Positions 17,204-26,487 of a DNA stretch of 64,000 nt are shown one piece after another. The notes beneath the pieces are model-generated. The model was not told the DNA's origin, made no database searches, and saw only the letters and a program-made list of their open reading frames with translations. The translations under genes and the position numbers were made by a program. Position 1 is the stretch's first letter. Each line of letters starts with the position of its first letter. The stretch covers positions 3,894-67,893 of the forward strand of contig JARIGO010000008.1 of the NCBI GenBank assembly GCA_029288805.1, read 5' to 3'. Origin of the DNA: Candidatus Nomurabacteria bacterium. GTDB taxonomy: Bacteria; Patescibacteriota; Minisyncoccia; Phycocordibacterales; UBA9973.

Positions 17204-19237
17204 TTATGCAGGATGTTCATTCTTACGATACAAAGATCGAGCGAGAACGACAAGGGCAAGGATGATCAAGATAAGGAGCAACCAGCCAAGCAATGTTGTT
17301 GGGAGGAAGCCTCCGAATCCGAACACACTAGCGCCGAGTACACTTGGACAATCATTTGAGATTGTGATCAAAGAGTACGCTACTGCCTGTTCCTGAGCAT
17401 GAGTTACAGGATTAGTGTAGTTGATAGTCGCTGTCATAACAGTGAGCTTTCCTACTGCACCAGAGTTGTTAACCTGACCAGTAACAGTAGCCTGACCCTG
17501 CTGACCTGGCTGAACATCTCCGAGAGAGATAGTTACAACACGGCCAACTGCGTCATAGTCACCACCTGAACTTGATACGTAGTCAATTTCTCCAGGGAAT
17601 GTGATACGAAGTACGACATTCTGAAGGTCTTGAGCACTAACGTTCTGATAGTTCACTGTGTATGTGATAGTTCCGCCAACACACATGTGATCAGCATTAC
17701 TGTTAACCTGAAGACTGAAAAGTGAAGGCTGACTGTTTGCTACTGCACCAACGTTTGTAGTGGTGCGAGTAGTGCGGCCTGAACTTACGTATACAACCTT
17801 TGTAGGAGGTACGTATGTTGAGGCAGCCGCTGGAGCACTGAATGGTACAACGCTACCGTATGCGATACCTGCCTGAGTCTGCACTACTGCACGATAGTAG
17901 TATGTGCCACCTGGAGCAAGACCGCTGATGTTTGCATTGTATGGGTATGTGCCATATCCGTTCACGTTCTGAGTGTCAGAACGGTTACCGAGTGAAGTAG
18001 TTACACCGTATTCGAACCATGCACTTGCTGAACCGTAACTAGTGTTAGGAACTGCAATACCGTTAAGCTGTGCTGAGTATGAACCCAATACACTGGCAAC
18101 GGTAGTGATAGCCTGTGGCTGCTGATAATTGATGGTTGTGCCACCGCCACCGTAATACGGCTGGTTAACACTTACATATACTGACTGTGAGCCATTGCCG
18201 TTACAGTTAGATCCGTTCAGTGTCAGCGTGTATGAGGTTGAAGTGTAAGGGCTGATTGAAACACTGCCACTTGAAGGTTCGTTACCGAATCCTGAGATGT
18301 ATACATAGTTTGCACCAGATGTATTCCAGTGAAGCGTAGTGGTCTGTCCCTGAACAATGCTGTTACTGTCTACGTAGAATGAGTTGATAGTACAGTAGTT
18401 ATTTGTACCACCTCCACCGTTATTATTATTTGTAACAGTTACTGTAGCTTTTGCTGTCGCACCGCCTGGGTACGCAGTCAAAGTATATGTTGTGGTGTTA
18501 GTCGGACTAACAGTGTAGCCAGAGTTGTCAGTAGCAAGGTTTGTTCCAACCTGTGTAATGTTTACATACTGACAGTTAGAAGTGGTCCATGAAAGAGCAC
18601 TGGTACTTCCGAGATTGATTGAAGTAGGGTTTGCAGAGAAATTATTGATCGCACAAGCATTAGTGTTGCCACCGCCGCCGCCATTATTAGGTGTGCCGTT
18701 CACTTGGAAGCGAACTGTTAATACACCTTCTTCTCCTGCAGCAAGGTCTCCGATAGTGAATCCCCCTCCGAGCGCATAGTCGATATTAACAGGCTTTGGT
18801 GATGTATCTGTATTAGTACGCCAGTCTGCCTGATAAGGACCATTTTGAGGCATAGTTGAAATAGTTTCTTCCTGTGAAAGAGTCACAGTCGCTGTGCCTG
18901 ATACACGAGGAGCGTTACTAGAAACAACAACACCGTTGAATGTCACGTGTGTTCCACTGCGTGACGGCTGAATAGCAACCTTCACATCGTGTGCAGTTTC
19001 ATTACTGGTATTTTTAAAATAAATCTGAGCAGCAATAATGTCACCAGGACTTGCTGTTGTAGATGGCTGCCAACAACCATTAATCTGCCCAAAACTACAT
19101 GGGTGCGTTGTGTTATTTGCCACGGTCATAGTTGGCATTGACCCTGGACTGTTTAGACTTGCATCAGCAAATGTTGTAGTTGATACCATCAACACACCAA
19201 GAGCCACTGCCATCATTGATATAATAATTTTTTTCAT
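17204..19237 (-). CDS. large cell-surface repeat protein (DUF11-like domains, Gly-rich linkers, C-terminal LPxT-like motif + TM + basic tail)
   Basis: Signal peptide. Repeated Ig-like modules separated by NNGGGGGN linkers. C-terminus FGFGGFLPTTLLGWLLLILIILALVVLARSLYRKNEHPA resembles a sortase-type sorting signal. Confidence 0.6.
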   Translation of the reverse strand: MKKIIISMMAVALGVLMVSTTTFADASLNSPGSMPTMTVANNTTHPCSFGQINGCWQPSTTASPGDIIAAQIYFKNTSNETAHDVKVAIQPSRSGTHVTFNGVVVSSNAPRVSGTATVTLSQEETISTMPQNGPYQADWRTNTDTSPKPVNIDYALGGGFTIGDLAAGEEGVLTVRFQVNGTPNNGGGGGNTNACAINNFSANPTSINLGSTSALSWTTSNCQYVNITQVGTNLATDNSGYTVSPTNTTTYTLTAYPGGATAKATVTVTNNNNGGGGTNNYCTINSFYVDSNSIVQGQTTTLHWNTSGANYVYISGFGNEPSSGSVSISPYTSTSYTLTLNGSNCNGNGSQSVYVSVNQPYYGGGGTTINYQQPQAITTVASVLGSYSAQLNGIAVPNTSYGSASAWFEYGVTTSLGNRSDTQNVNGYGTYPYNANISGLAPGGTYYYRAVVQTQAGIAYGSVVPFSAPAAASTYVPPTKVVYVSSGRTTRTTTNVGAVANSQPSLFSLQVNSNADHMCVGGTITYTVNYQNVSAQDLQNVVLRITFPGEIDYVSSSGGDYDAVGRVVTISLGDVQPGQQGQATVTGQVNNSGAVGKLTVMTATINYTNPVTHAQEQAVAYSLITISNDCPSVLGASVFGFGGFLPTTLLGWLLLILIILALVVLARSLYRKNEHPA

Positions 19238-19369
19238 ACGTTTTCTCTCTTTTTTCTCACTTAATAATTTCTTTCGTGACTATCGAACCATACCATAGTA
19301 TGTCAAATAAGTCAATCAATTGTATTTACTCTTCGGCACCCTACTTCTTGAGTACGGTGCTAAAGAATA

Positions 19370-19400
19370 AAGGGAATGATGAGTGTTTCATCATTCCCTT
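19370..19400. terminator. rho-independent terminator
   Basis: aagggaatgatga-gtgtt-tcatcattccctt, a perfect 13-bp stem. Confidence 0.55.
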
Positions 19401-19408
19401 GATAGTTT

Positions 19409-20620
19409 TTACCTCAATGCAAAAGCAAAGTGAACGCCTAAGACAGGCTTGATCTTACCAGCTTGATTCGGTGTAAACGAAACAAATCCAGCATTTGCGG
19501 TCCAATGAGTAGTGAGGCCGAAACCTTTTGATATTTGCGCAGCATACGTATGGGTTGATCCGCCACCGTCGCCACCTAAGCCTGGCTGACCAGAAGTATC
19601 CTGGATCTCAGTACTATAAACGTGATCACGGGGAGCCGGATGGTGACATGCAACATACACAACACCCGCGATAACCACGATGCCGACAGGGACTACCCAG
19701 CCTGCATTTCTGCAAAACCAACCCTTTGTACTTACCTGCAGGTCTTTTTGTTTTACATAAACAATGACATTTGCAGGGCAGTTACCAGGATAAGCTCTTA
19801 AAAAATACGTGGTTGTCCGGTCCGGCGAAACCATGAAGTTTCCGCTTGGATCCAAGTGGTCACCAATACCTGAAATGTCGACACGGCTATAACCACTAGC
19901 GTCCCAATGCAAAGTTACAGAATCACCAGCCATAATGTTATTTGGACTGGCGGTAAAGTAGATCTTGTGAGACGTAGGAGCCGGGTTCGATGGTGCCGGG
20001 TTAGGCGCTGGCATAGAAGCAGTGTGCGGAGGAAAATGTTCATCCTCGTACACTTTGTCAACCAAGTTTCCACAATCAGCTTTTATATAGATAGTGGAAC
20101 CGCCGGGCAGCTTAAGGCGTGCAATGACATATCCGTCCTTTTCACCAAAAACTGATGAAGTGGTTGGATCCCACAACTGCAACTGACCATTTTCATCGAA
20201 GTAATAACTTCTGTACCCGTTTTCTTTAAACATTTTTGGTGACCAGATTTGAAAGGTCAGTGCTGATGATTTAAACAACGCAGCGATTTGAAGGTACGTT
20301 AATTTTTTTGACGAGTGCTCATTTATGTAATGCCCCACTCTATCAATAACATCCTTCTGAGAAGCGCGGCCTTGATCATCACCAGGTATATCAGGCCGCA
20401 TGTACTTATAGTCACCGGAAAAACCGGCAACATAATTACGAATGAAGTTGCGTTCAATATTTTGAATGCCCTTCACATACTGAAAGCCAGGTTGAAAAAA
20501 ACCTTTTCCAGTTGGACCTGCATCAACATCCGTTGAGTCAGCCTGTGCTGCAAACGCATTTACTACACCGAACATACTTACTATAAGCACGATAACGGTT
20601 CTTACTACTATGTTTTTCAT
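19409..20620 (-). CDS. secreted/membrane-anchored hypothetical protein with an Ig-like module related to the neighbouring surface protein
   Basis: Signal peptide MKNIVVRTVIVLIVSMFGVVNAFA. Module VTLHWDASGYSRVDISGIG...TTTYFLRAYPG parallels the repeats in 17204..19237. Has a C-proximal TM helix. Confidence 0.55.
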   Translation of the reverse strand: MKNIVVRTVIVLIVSMFGVVNAFAAQADSTDVDAGPTGKGFFQPGFQYVKGIQNIERNFIRNYVAGFSGDYKYMRPDIPGDDQGRASQKDVIDRVGHYINEHSSKKLTYLQIAALFKSSALTFQIWSPKMFKENGYRSYYFDENGQLQLWDPTTSSVFGEKDGYVIARLKLPGGSTIYIKADCGNLVDKVYEDEHFPPHTASMPAPNPAPSNPAPTSHKIYFTASPNNIMAGDSVTLHWDASGYSRVDISGIGDHLDPSGNFMVSPDRTTTYFLRAYPGNCPANVIVYVKQKDLQVSTKGWFCRNAGWVVPVGIVVIAGVVYVACHHPAPRDHVYSTEIQDTSGQPGLGGDGGGSTHTYAAQISKGFGLTTHWTANAGFVSFTPNQAGKIKPVLGVHFAFALR

Positions 20621-20767
20621 AATTCACAAAGATCTTTGAGTTTTTGTTTAATTTCTCTTTTTCTTTACATTAGCACAAAATGTATTTTTTGTCAATCATA
20701 CCACCTTGAGGTATTTGACATAAAGAAAATAGAATGTATAGTACAAAAAAGACAAAATTATTAAAAA

Positions 20768-21868
20768 ATGAATAAAAAGAACTTACTACTCCTTACAGCA
20801 ATAGGATTGTTGTTGGGAGCATGCGGTACGCAGAAGCAAACCATTACGGATAATACCCCTCCCCCTCCTGACAATTCCAGGAAACCTGTCCCCGGACTGA
20901 GCAGCATATTGTCCCTACATCCGGTAGACAATGCTGCAAATGGAGAAAATGGCAAAAAATACGACTTCATGTATGACTATGCAAAAAAATATCTCTATTT
21001 CACTGACGTGGACAGTACGTATGCTCAGGTTAGAAATTTCCTACCCGAATACATTACGAAGGATTCAATCGGCCACGGAGTAACCCTAGAAACTGTATCA
21101 GCCCATCCGTTTTCAAATTTCACTGATGAGACAAAAAAGCGGATTGCGCAGTCTGAGGGTTTGAAGTTCGATGCTATCAATGATTATCGTATTGCGAAGG
21201 CTTTTAACGTCAAGTATGAAACATCCTCGGTTCCGGCAATGCAGGCACTCCTGAAAATGTTGCAAAACGATACCACTGCCAATAACGGTGATTCAGGAGC
21301 ACGACTTTCTGTTAACGGCGCCCAGGGCATGTTACTGCTCCACCCTATCAGAAATGCAATCAAGGACGTTCACGGGGCTGAATGGTACTTCTTTTATGAC
21401 CTGACCAACCACTACATATTCATTACCGATAGTGTGTCAGTATATGAGAAGTTTCAAAAAGGCTTGCCTGCGAAGGACAACATAAATGCGGTTCTTGTAC
21501 AAGGCATATCTATTGACCCATTCGTATATTTTGATCAGCAGGCTATTGATGCCATGACCAAAGATGAGGGGCTTGAGATAAACGGCGGCGACCAAAAACA
21601 TGACATCAACAAGTTCGATGTCGCCACCATAGCAAGCTACGGCATAGTCTTTGACTACAAGACTGTCATAAAGGCACTGCAGGAAAAGCTTGGCACACGC
21701 CAAAGCTCTACAGCATCGTCATTCGAACCAAAAACGGTAAACCATCCTTCCGGCGACCAGAACATCAAGCCGTTCCCTAAGGTGACAGCTCCAACGGTGA
21801 CCCCGCCTGTTCAAAAAAAATCTACAAAGAAACAAAATGATTCGTATGACCCAAATGCCATACCGTAA
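20768..21868 (+). CDS. hypothetical lipoprotein
   Basis: Lipobox LLLGAC after a signal peptide. Two internally similar halves (YFTDVDSTYAQVRNF / IFITDSVSVYEKFQK). Confidence 0.55.
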   Translation: MNKKNLLLLTAIGLLLGACGTQKQTITDNTPPPPDNSRKPVPGLSSILSLHPVDNAANGENGKKYDFMYDYAKKYLYFTDVDSTYAQVRNFLPEYITKDSIGHGVTLETVSAHPFSNFTDETKKRIAQSEGLKFDAINDYRIAKAFNVKYETSSVPAMQALLKMLQNDTTANNGDSGARLSVNGAQGMLLLHPIRNAIKDVHGAEWYFFYDLTNHYIFITDSVSVYEKFQKGLPAKDNINAVLVQGISIDPFVYFDQQAIDAMTKDEGLEINGGDQKHDINKFDVATIASYGIVFDYKTVIKALQEKLGTRQSSTASSFEPKTVNHPSGDQNIKPFPKVTAPTVTPPVQKKSTKKQNDSYDPNAIP

Positions 21869-21932
21869 TCAGTCCAATGTCCTCTCAATCGAGAGGACAT
21901 TTTATTTTTATACCCCAAAATACGCTATACTT

Positions 21933-23642
21933 ATGATCATGGTGCAATTTGATGAAAGCGATCAAATCAAACGAATCAATAATCTCCGAGAATCTGAAGA
22001 GGAAGACGTTGTTGCAATGCTCGCACAACAGCAATATGGCATTCCTTCTGTTAACCTCCTTTCTCAATCCATCGATAACGATGCTATTCGCTTGTTAACC
22101 GAAGAGCAGGCTCGCAGTTTTGACGTTGGTCCGTACAAGCTGATCGATAAGAAATTATTTTTGGCGGTACGTTCCCCGCTTGCCACTGGCGCGCTTGCCG
22201 CAAAGGAACTTATTGAAAAAAATGGCTACGACGTTGAAATGGTCATGGCCAGTGAAAAAAGCATTGAGAAAGTGTGGACTCACTACAAGGATCTTTCCTA
22301 CGCTACCCGTTCACGTGCTGGTGGTTTGGATATTTCCCCAGATGTTTTGGCAAATCTCAGTAAGACTGTGAAGACCATGGAGGACGCCAAGGCGGTGATC
22401 AATCAAGCCATTACCGAAAACGACAGCAGTCACCACCTTTCTCGCATTTTGGAAGTTATCATCGGTGCAGGCATTGGTATCGGCGCTTCTGACATACACG
22501 TTGAACCGATGGAAAATGAAGTTGAGTTACGCTTCCGTCTCGATGGTGTGCTGCATGTCATTACGACATTTGGTTTTGATACCTATAAGCAGATCAATAC
22601 TCGTATCAAATTGCTGTCAGGATTGAAACTCACGATCAACTCCAACCCTCAAGACGGACGCTTCAGTGCCTTTCTTGGTACAGATGAAATCAGTTTTCGT
22701 ACTTCTATGATTCCGGGAGCATATGGTGAGTCCATCGTGCTTCGTATTTTGAATCCGAAGTCCATCAGAGTGCAGCTTAATGAACTTGGTATCTCCGCTC
22801 CGCTTTTTGAAATTTTTATGAAGGGCATCAAAAAGCCAAACGGTATGGTGCTACTAACTGGTCCAACAGGATCTGGTAAGACCACTACCTTGTATGCCTT
22901 TTTGCAGCAAATCTTTAGTCCGGAACTAAAGATCATTACTATTGAAGACCCGATCGAGTATCACCTTGATGGCATTACGCAAACACAAGTTGACCACATA
23001 AAGGGCTACACATTCTTGGAAGGACTTCGTTCAGCATTGCGTCAGGACCCTGACGTTATCATGGTGGGTGAAATTCGCGACAGTGAAACTGCCAAGATTG
23101 CCGTGGAATCCGCACTTACCGGCCACATAGTCTTCTCTACCCTGCACACCAACAGTGCCAGTGGCGTTATTCCTCGCCTTATAGACTTGGATGTGAATCC
23201 AAAGTTGATGGTGTCTGCATTGTCACTTGCCATCGCCCAACGTTTGGTGCGAGTACTTTGTAAAAACTGCAAGCACGAACGACTGATGACTGAGGATGAA
23301 AAAGGCACTGTGCATCGCATTTGGGATACTGCCGTAGCAAATGGCAAAAACATGGAACAGTTTGGCGTGAAGCCTGATGTAACTACTACGTGGACTGCCC
23401 AGGGTTGTGACCAGTGTGGCAATACCGGCTACAAAGGACGTCTTGGTATCTTTGAAGTAGTGCAAATGGATGCAAATATTGAACACATCATTTTGGAAAA
23501 TCCTACAGAACGAGACATTAAGAAAATTGCGGACAAGCAAGGCACCCTCGACATGCGCGAAGACGGTATCGTAAAAATCCTACAAGGTCTTACCGACTTT
23601 GAGGAAGTACAGTCTGTCGTAGACCTCAGTGAAATAAAATAA
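21933..23642 (+). CDS. pilB: type IV pilus assembly / type II secretion ATPase PilB/GspE family
   Basis: GspE N-terminal domain, Walker A LLTGPTGSGKTTT, GEIRD, and a tetracysteine CKNC...CDQCGNTGYKGR. Start set after the upstream terminator (ATG 21933). Confidence 0.85.
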   Translation: MIMVQFDESDQIKRINNLRESEEEDVVAMLAQQQYGIPSVNLLSQSIDNDAIRLLTEEQARSFDVGPYKLIDKKLFLAVRSPLATGALAAKELIEKNGYDVEMVMASEKSIEKVWTHYKDLSYATRSRAGGLDISPDVLANLSKTVKTMEDAKAVINQAITENDSSHHLSRILEVIIGAGIGIGASDIHVEPMENEVELRFRLDGVLHVITTFGFDTYKQINTRIKLLSGLKLTINSNPQDGRFSAFLGTDEISFRTSMIPGAYGESIVLRILNPKSIRVQLNELGISAPLFEIFMKGIKKPNGMVLLTGPTGSGKTTTLYAFLQQIFSPELKIITIEDPIEYHLDGITQTQVDHIKGYTFLEGLRSALRQDPDVIMVGEIRDSETAKIAVESALTGHIVFSTLHTNSASGVIPRLIDLDVNPKLMVSALSLAIAQRLVRVLCKNCKHERLMTEDEKGTVHRIWDTAVANGKNMEQFGVKPDVTTTWTAQGCDQCGNTGYKGRLGIFEVVQMDANIEHIILENPTERDIKKIADKQGTLDMREDGIVKILQGLTDFEEVQSVVDLSEIK

Positions 23643-23668
23643 CCCCGCAATTACGCGGGGTTTGTTTT

Positions 23669-23872
23669 TTAGTCAGCCATACCAAGGTCTTTTTTGTCAC
23701 CGAACGGTCGCCAGCTTTGTTTCGCTTGCTGCAGAGAATCCTGGTGATACTTTGCGCTAAAAATGCTGTCATTCCTATCTCGCTCCCTCTCTTGCTTTGG
23801 ATTATAAGAAAGTGAATTGCACGAAGTTATTCCTGCAGATATTAGGCTGCACAAAATCAAAATTGTTTTCAT
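23669..23872 (-). CDS. small hypothetical lipoprotein (67 aa)
   Basis: Signal peptide with lipobox-like ITSC. Otherwise unrecognised. Confidence 0.3.
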   Translation of the reverse strand: MKTILILCSLISAGITSCNSLSYNPKQERERDRNDSIFSAKYHQDSLQQAKQSWRPFGDKKDLGMAD

Positions 23873-24117
23873 TATTATTTTTTAAAAGATCATAAACAAA
23901 AAAAGCACTAATCTCCAAACAGTCCTTATATGTACGTGGACATATAAGTAAAGCATGATTATAGGATAGCCCCAGTCGAAACCAAAACGTCCCACGCCTA
24001 CACTTAGAACCTGAGGCTGACTGCTTAGAGATTAGTACCTTCTTTCCGCTCTTACTACGATCTGTAGTAGAATGTATCTGTTATTGAACTAGTAATAGGA
24101 TAGCATACTATAAAAAA

Positions 24118-25089
24118 ATGTCAAGCCCCCTTCCAGAAGAACAATTTAGCGACTCAGTTCTCCGCCCTACTTCATTCGATGAGTACGTTGGGCAGGAACA
24201 GATCAAAAAGTCTCTCTCCATACTCATTGGAGCTGCTAAAACACGCGGACAGGCACCTGAACATGTGCTTTTTTACGGACCACCAGGTCTTGGTAAGACA
24301 ACATTGGCCCATGTCATCGCGAAGGAAATGGGAGCACAAGTAAAACTGACGTCAGGTCCCGCTATTGAACGCGTTGGAGACCTCGCCGCTATCCTCACAA
24401 ACCTACAACCGGGTGACATGCTATTCATCGATGAGATTCACCGGCTGAACAAAGCTATCGAGGAAGTGCTCTACCCTGTCATGGAAACAGGCAAAATGGA
24501 TATCATGATTGGTAAGGGTCCTTCTGCTCGTACCGTACAGCTCGACCTTCCTCCATTCACACTCGTTGGTGCTACTACGCGATTTGGCATGCTTTCCGCA
24601 CCGCTTCGTTCTCGTTTTTCTGGAGGAACGTATCGTTTGGAATTTTATACTGATGAAGAAATTGCTCGGATCTTGGGACGATCTGCACAGCTACTTGATA
24701 TCAACCTGCCAACTATCGCCCATCACGCCATCGCTGCTCGTAGTCGTAAGACTCCTCGTATTGCCAACTACCTCCTTCGCCGCGTGCGTGACTATGCGCA
24801 AATGCATGACCAGGAAATTGGTGAGCATAATATTAATGAGGCCTTCGCACTGCTTGGGCTTGATGAAAACGGATTGAGCTCACATGACATTACATTGTTA
24901 AAAACCATTCGCGATAAGTTTAGTGGCGGACCAGTCGGTGTTAAGAATCTTGCAGCAGCTACAGGAGAAGACGAAGGAACCATCGAAGACGTCACTGAGC
25001 CATACCTTATTCAGCTGGGATTTTTGGAACGCACCCCCCGCGGTCGACAACTGACAGAAAAAGGCAAGGAATATATTCGTGAAAAATAA
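24118..25089 (+). CDS. ruvB: Holliday junction DNA helicase RuvB
   Basis: LFYGPPGLGKTTLAHVIA Walker A and AAA+ RuvB layout. Confidence 0.9.
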   Translation: MSSPLPEEQFSDSVLRPTSFDEYVGQEQIKKSLSILIGAAKTRGQAPEHVLFYGPPGLGKTTLAHVIAKEMGAQVKLTSGPAIERVGDLAAILTNLQPGDMLFIDEIHRLNKAIEEVLYPVMETGKMDIMIGKGPSARTVQLDLPPFTLVGATTRFGMLSAPLRSRFSGGTYRLEFYTDEEIARILGRSAQLLDINLPTIAHHAIAARSRKTPRIANYLLRRVRDYAQMHDQEIGEHNINEAFALLGLDENGLSSHDITLLKTIRDKFSGGPVGVKNLAAATGEDEGTIEDVTEPYLIQLGFLERTPRGRQLTEKGKEYIREK

Positions 25090-25579
25090 TACCGAACAAA
25101 CCATTCTGGCTGTCGATCCTGGATATGATCGTTGCGGGGTAGCCATTATAAAAACTGGCCCACATCCAATCATTGAAAAGTCCTGGTGCATTACGACGAA
25201 CAAAAAGGACGTGCAGCCTCATCGCCTGGCAGCCATCTTCAAGAATATTGATGAAGCTATTACCGAATACAAACCTGATGCCATTGCACTCGAAACACTG
25301 TTTTTTTCAGTTAACAAAAAGACTGTCATCGGCGTAGCGGAAGCTCGCGGTATCATTGTGACGCTTGCAGGGCTGCACGACATTGAACTCATAGAACTTT
25401 CTCCGCAAGAAGTGAAGATTGCCGTTACTGGGGTTGGCAACGCAGACAAAACTGCAGTACAGAAAATGGTAGCCCTGACGCTGAAAATTGATATTGCGAA
25501 AAAATTGGACGATGAAATCGACGCTATTGCACTGGGAGTAGCAGCAGCCGGTACTTTGCGATTAAACTCTTATAAATAA
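25079..25579 (+). CDS. ruvC: crossover junction endodeoxyribonuclease RuvC
   Basis: ILAVDPGYDRCGVAII N-terminus and RuvC-family size. Confidence 0.85.
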   Translation: MKNNTEQTILAVDPGYDRCGVAIIKTGPHPIIEKSWCITTNKKDVQPHRLAAIFKNIDEAITEYKPDAIALETLFFSVNKKTVIGVAEARGIIVTLAGLHDIELIELSPQEVKIAVTGVGNADKTAVQKMVALTLKIDIAKKLDDEIDAIALGVAAAGTLRLNSYK

Positions 25580-25660
25580 AGGCAAAAAATCGCTTGCCAA
25601 CTTTAGTAGTATTTGATACAACTTAAGGCATAAAAATTAATTTTATTTTTGCACCATAGT

Positions 25661-25882
25661 ATGGATGAAAACGAAAAAGAAGTATTGGACGAATCTGAAC
25701 TTGCTGAAGGATTCAGTGAGGTAGGTGATGATGGAGACATCATTGCTGATGACGAAGTGTTAGTTGAAGATGAGCCGCTTCTTGATGAAGAAGATAAGAG
25801 CGAAGATGACGCAGAGGAAGAAGACGACATGAAGGCATACTTGGAAGAAAGCCTTTATGAAGCAGAAGATCTGAGATACTAA
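25661..25882 (+). CDS. small highly acidic hypothetical protein
   Basis: About 45% Asp/Glu (DDGDIIADDEVLVEDEPLLDEEDKSEDDAEEEDD). Followed by a strong terminator. Confidence 0.45.
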   Translation: MDENEKEVLDESELAEGFSEVGDDGDIIADDEVLVEDEPLLDEEDKSEDDAEEEDDMKAYLEESLYEAEDLRY

Positions 25883-25885
25883 TAA

Positions 25886-25915
25886 AAAATGCCCACCGAC
25901 GGTGGGCATTTTTAT
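25886..25915. terminator. bidirectional rho-independent terminator
   Basis: aaaaaatgcccaccg-acg-gtgggcattttta between convergent genes. Confidence 0.6.
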
Positions 25916-26022
25916 ATATGTATATAGTGTAGTACGAGTGATCGAGCGGAGGAGTGTTACTGCGGAAGGATTGGGCAGGGTACCCGTCCGGAGCAGTAAT
26001 ACGCCTACGCGAGGAACGAGTG

Positions 26023-26463
26023 CTACACCGCTTGCGTTTCCCTCTTCAGCGTACACTTCTCACATCTGCAGCCTTTTGGCTTGATGTATTCGTTGAAGAA
26101 ATCTTTTCCATAGTCATAGAAAAGTTCTTCTCCGGGCTTGATATTTCGCTTTGCATAAATAAAGACTCGCCCCTTGATGATGTCCACCTCACAGTTTTGC
26201 TTGCTGCACACATGGTTGATATATCGCGCAGTGTTCCACCGTACTGATCCATCAATAGTTTTTTTCTTAGAAACCTCGAAGAGGTATTGCCCCCCGCGGG
26301 CATTTACTTCATCATCCGTAGTGAGAATGTCTCCAACGTATTCGATGATACAGTCGCCTTTTTTTATTGGCACCGTAGTGAACAATCCGAGACCATTAAT
26401 TCCTTTCTTAACTTTCAAATCTGTTCCAACTGCGTAGAGTGGAGTGGTTTTTGTTGCTGACAT
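26023..26463 (-). CDS. SET-domain protein (putative protein lysine methyltransferase)
   Basis: GLGLFTTVPIKKGDCIIEYVGDIL, NHVCSKQNCEV (NHSC-like), GEELFYDYG, and a Cys-rich post-SET CRCEKC. Confidence 0.75.
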   Translation of the reverse strand: MSATKTTPLYAVGTDLKVKKGINGLGLFTTVPIKKGDCIIEYVGDILTTDDEVNARGGQYLFEVSKKKTIDGSVRWNTARYINHVCSKQNCEVDIIKGRVFIYAKRNIKPGEELFYDYGKDFFNEYIKPKGCRCEKCTLKRETQAV

Positions 26464-26487
26464 GAGCAAGAGTATACCACGAAGAAC

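Noticed and set aside
17204-19237. Type IV pilin identity for the large surface proteins near pilB
   Set aside because: No prepilin leader or G/FTLIE-type cleavage motif. Both proteins have ordinary Sec-type signal peptides.
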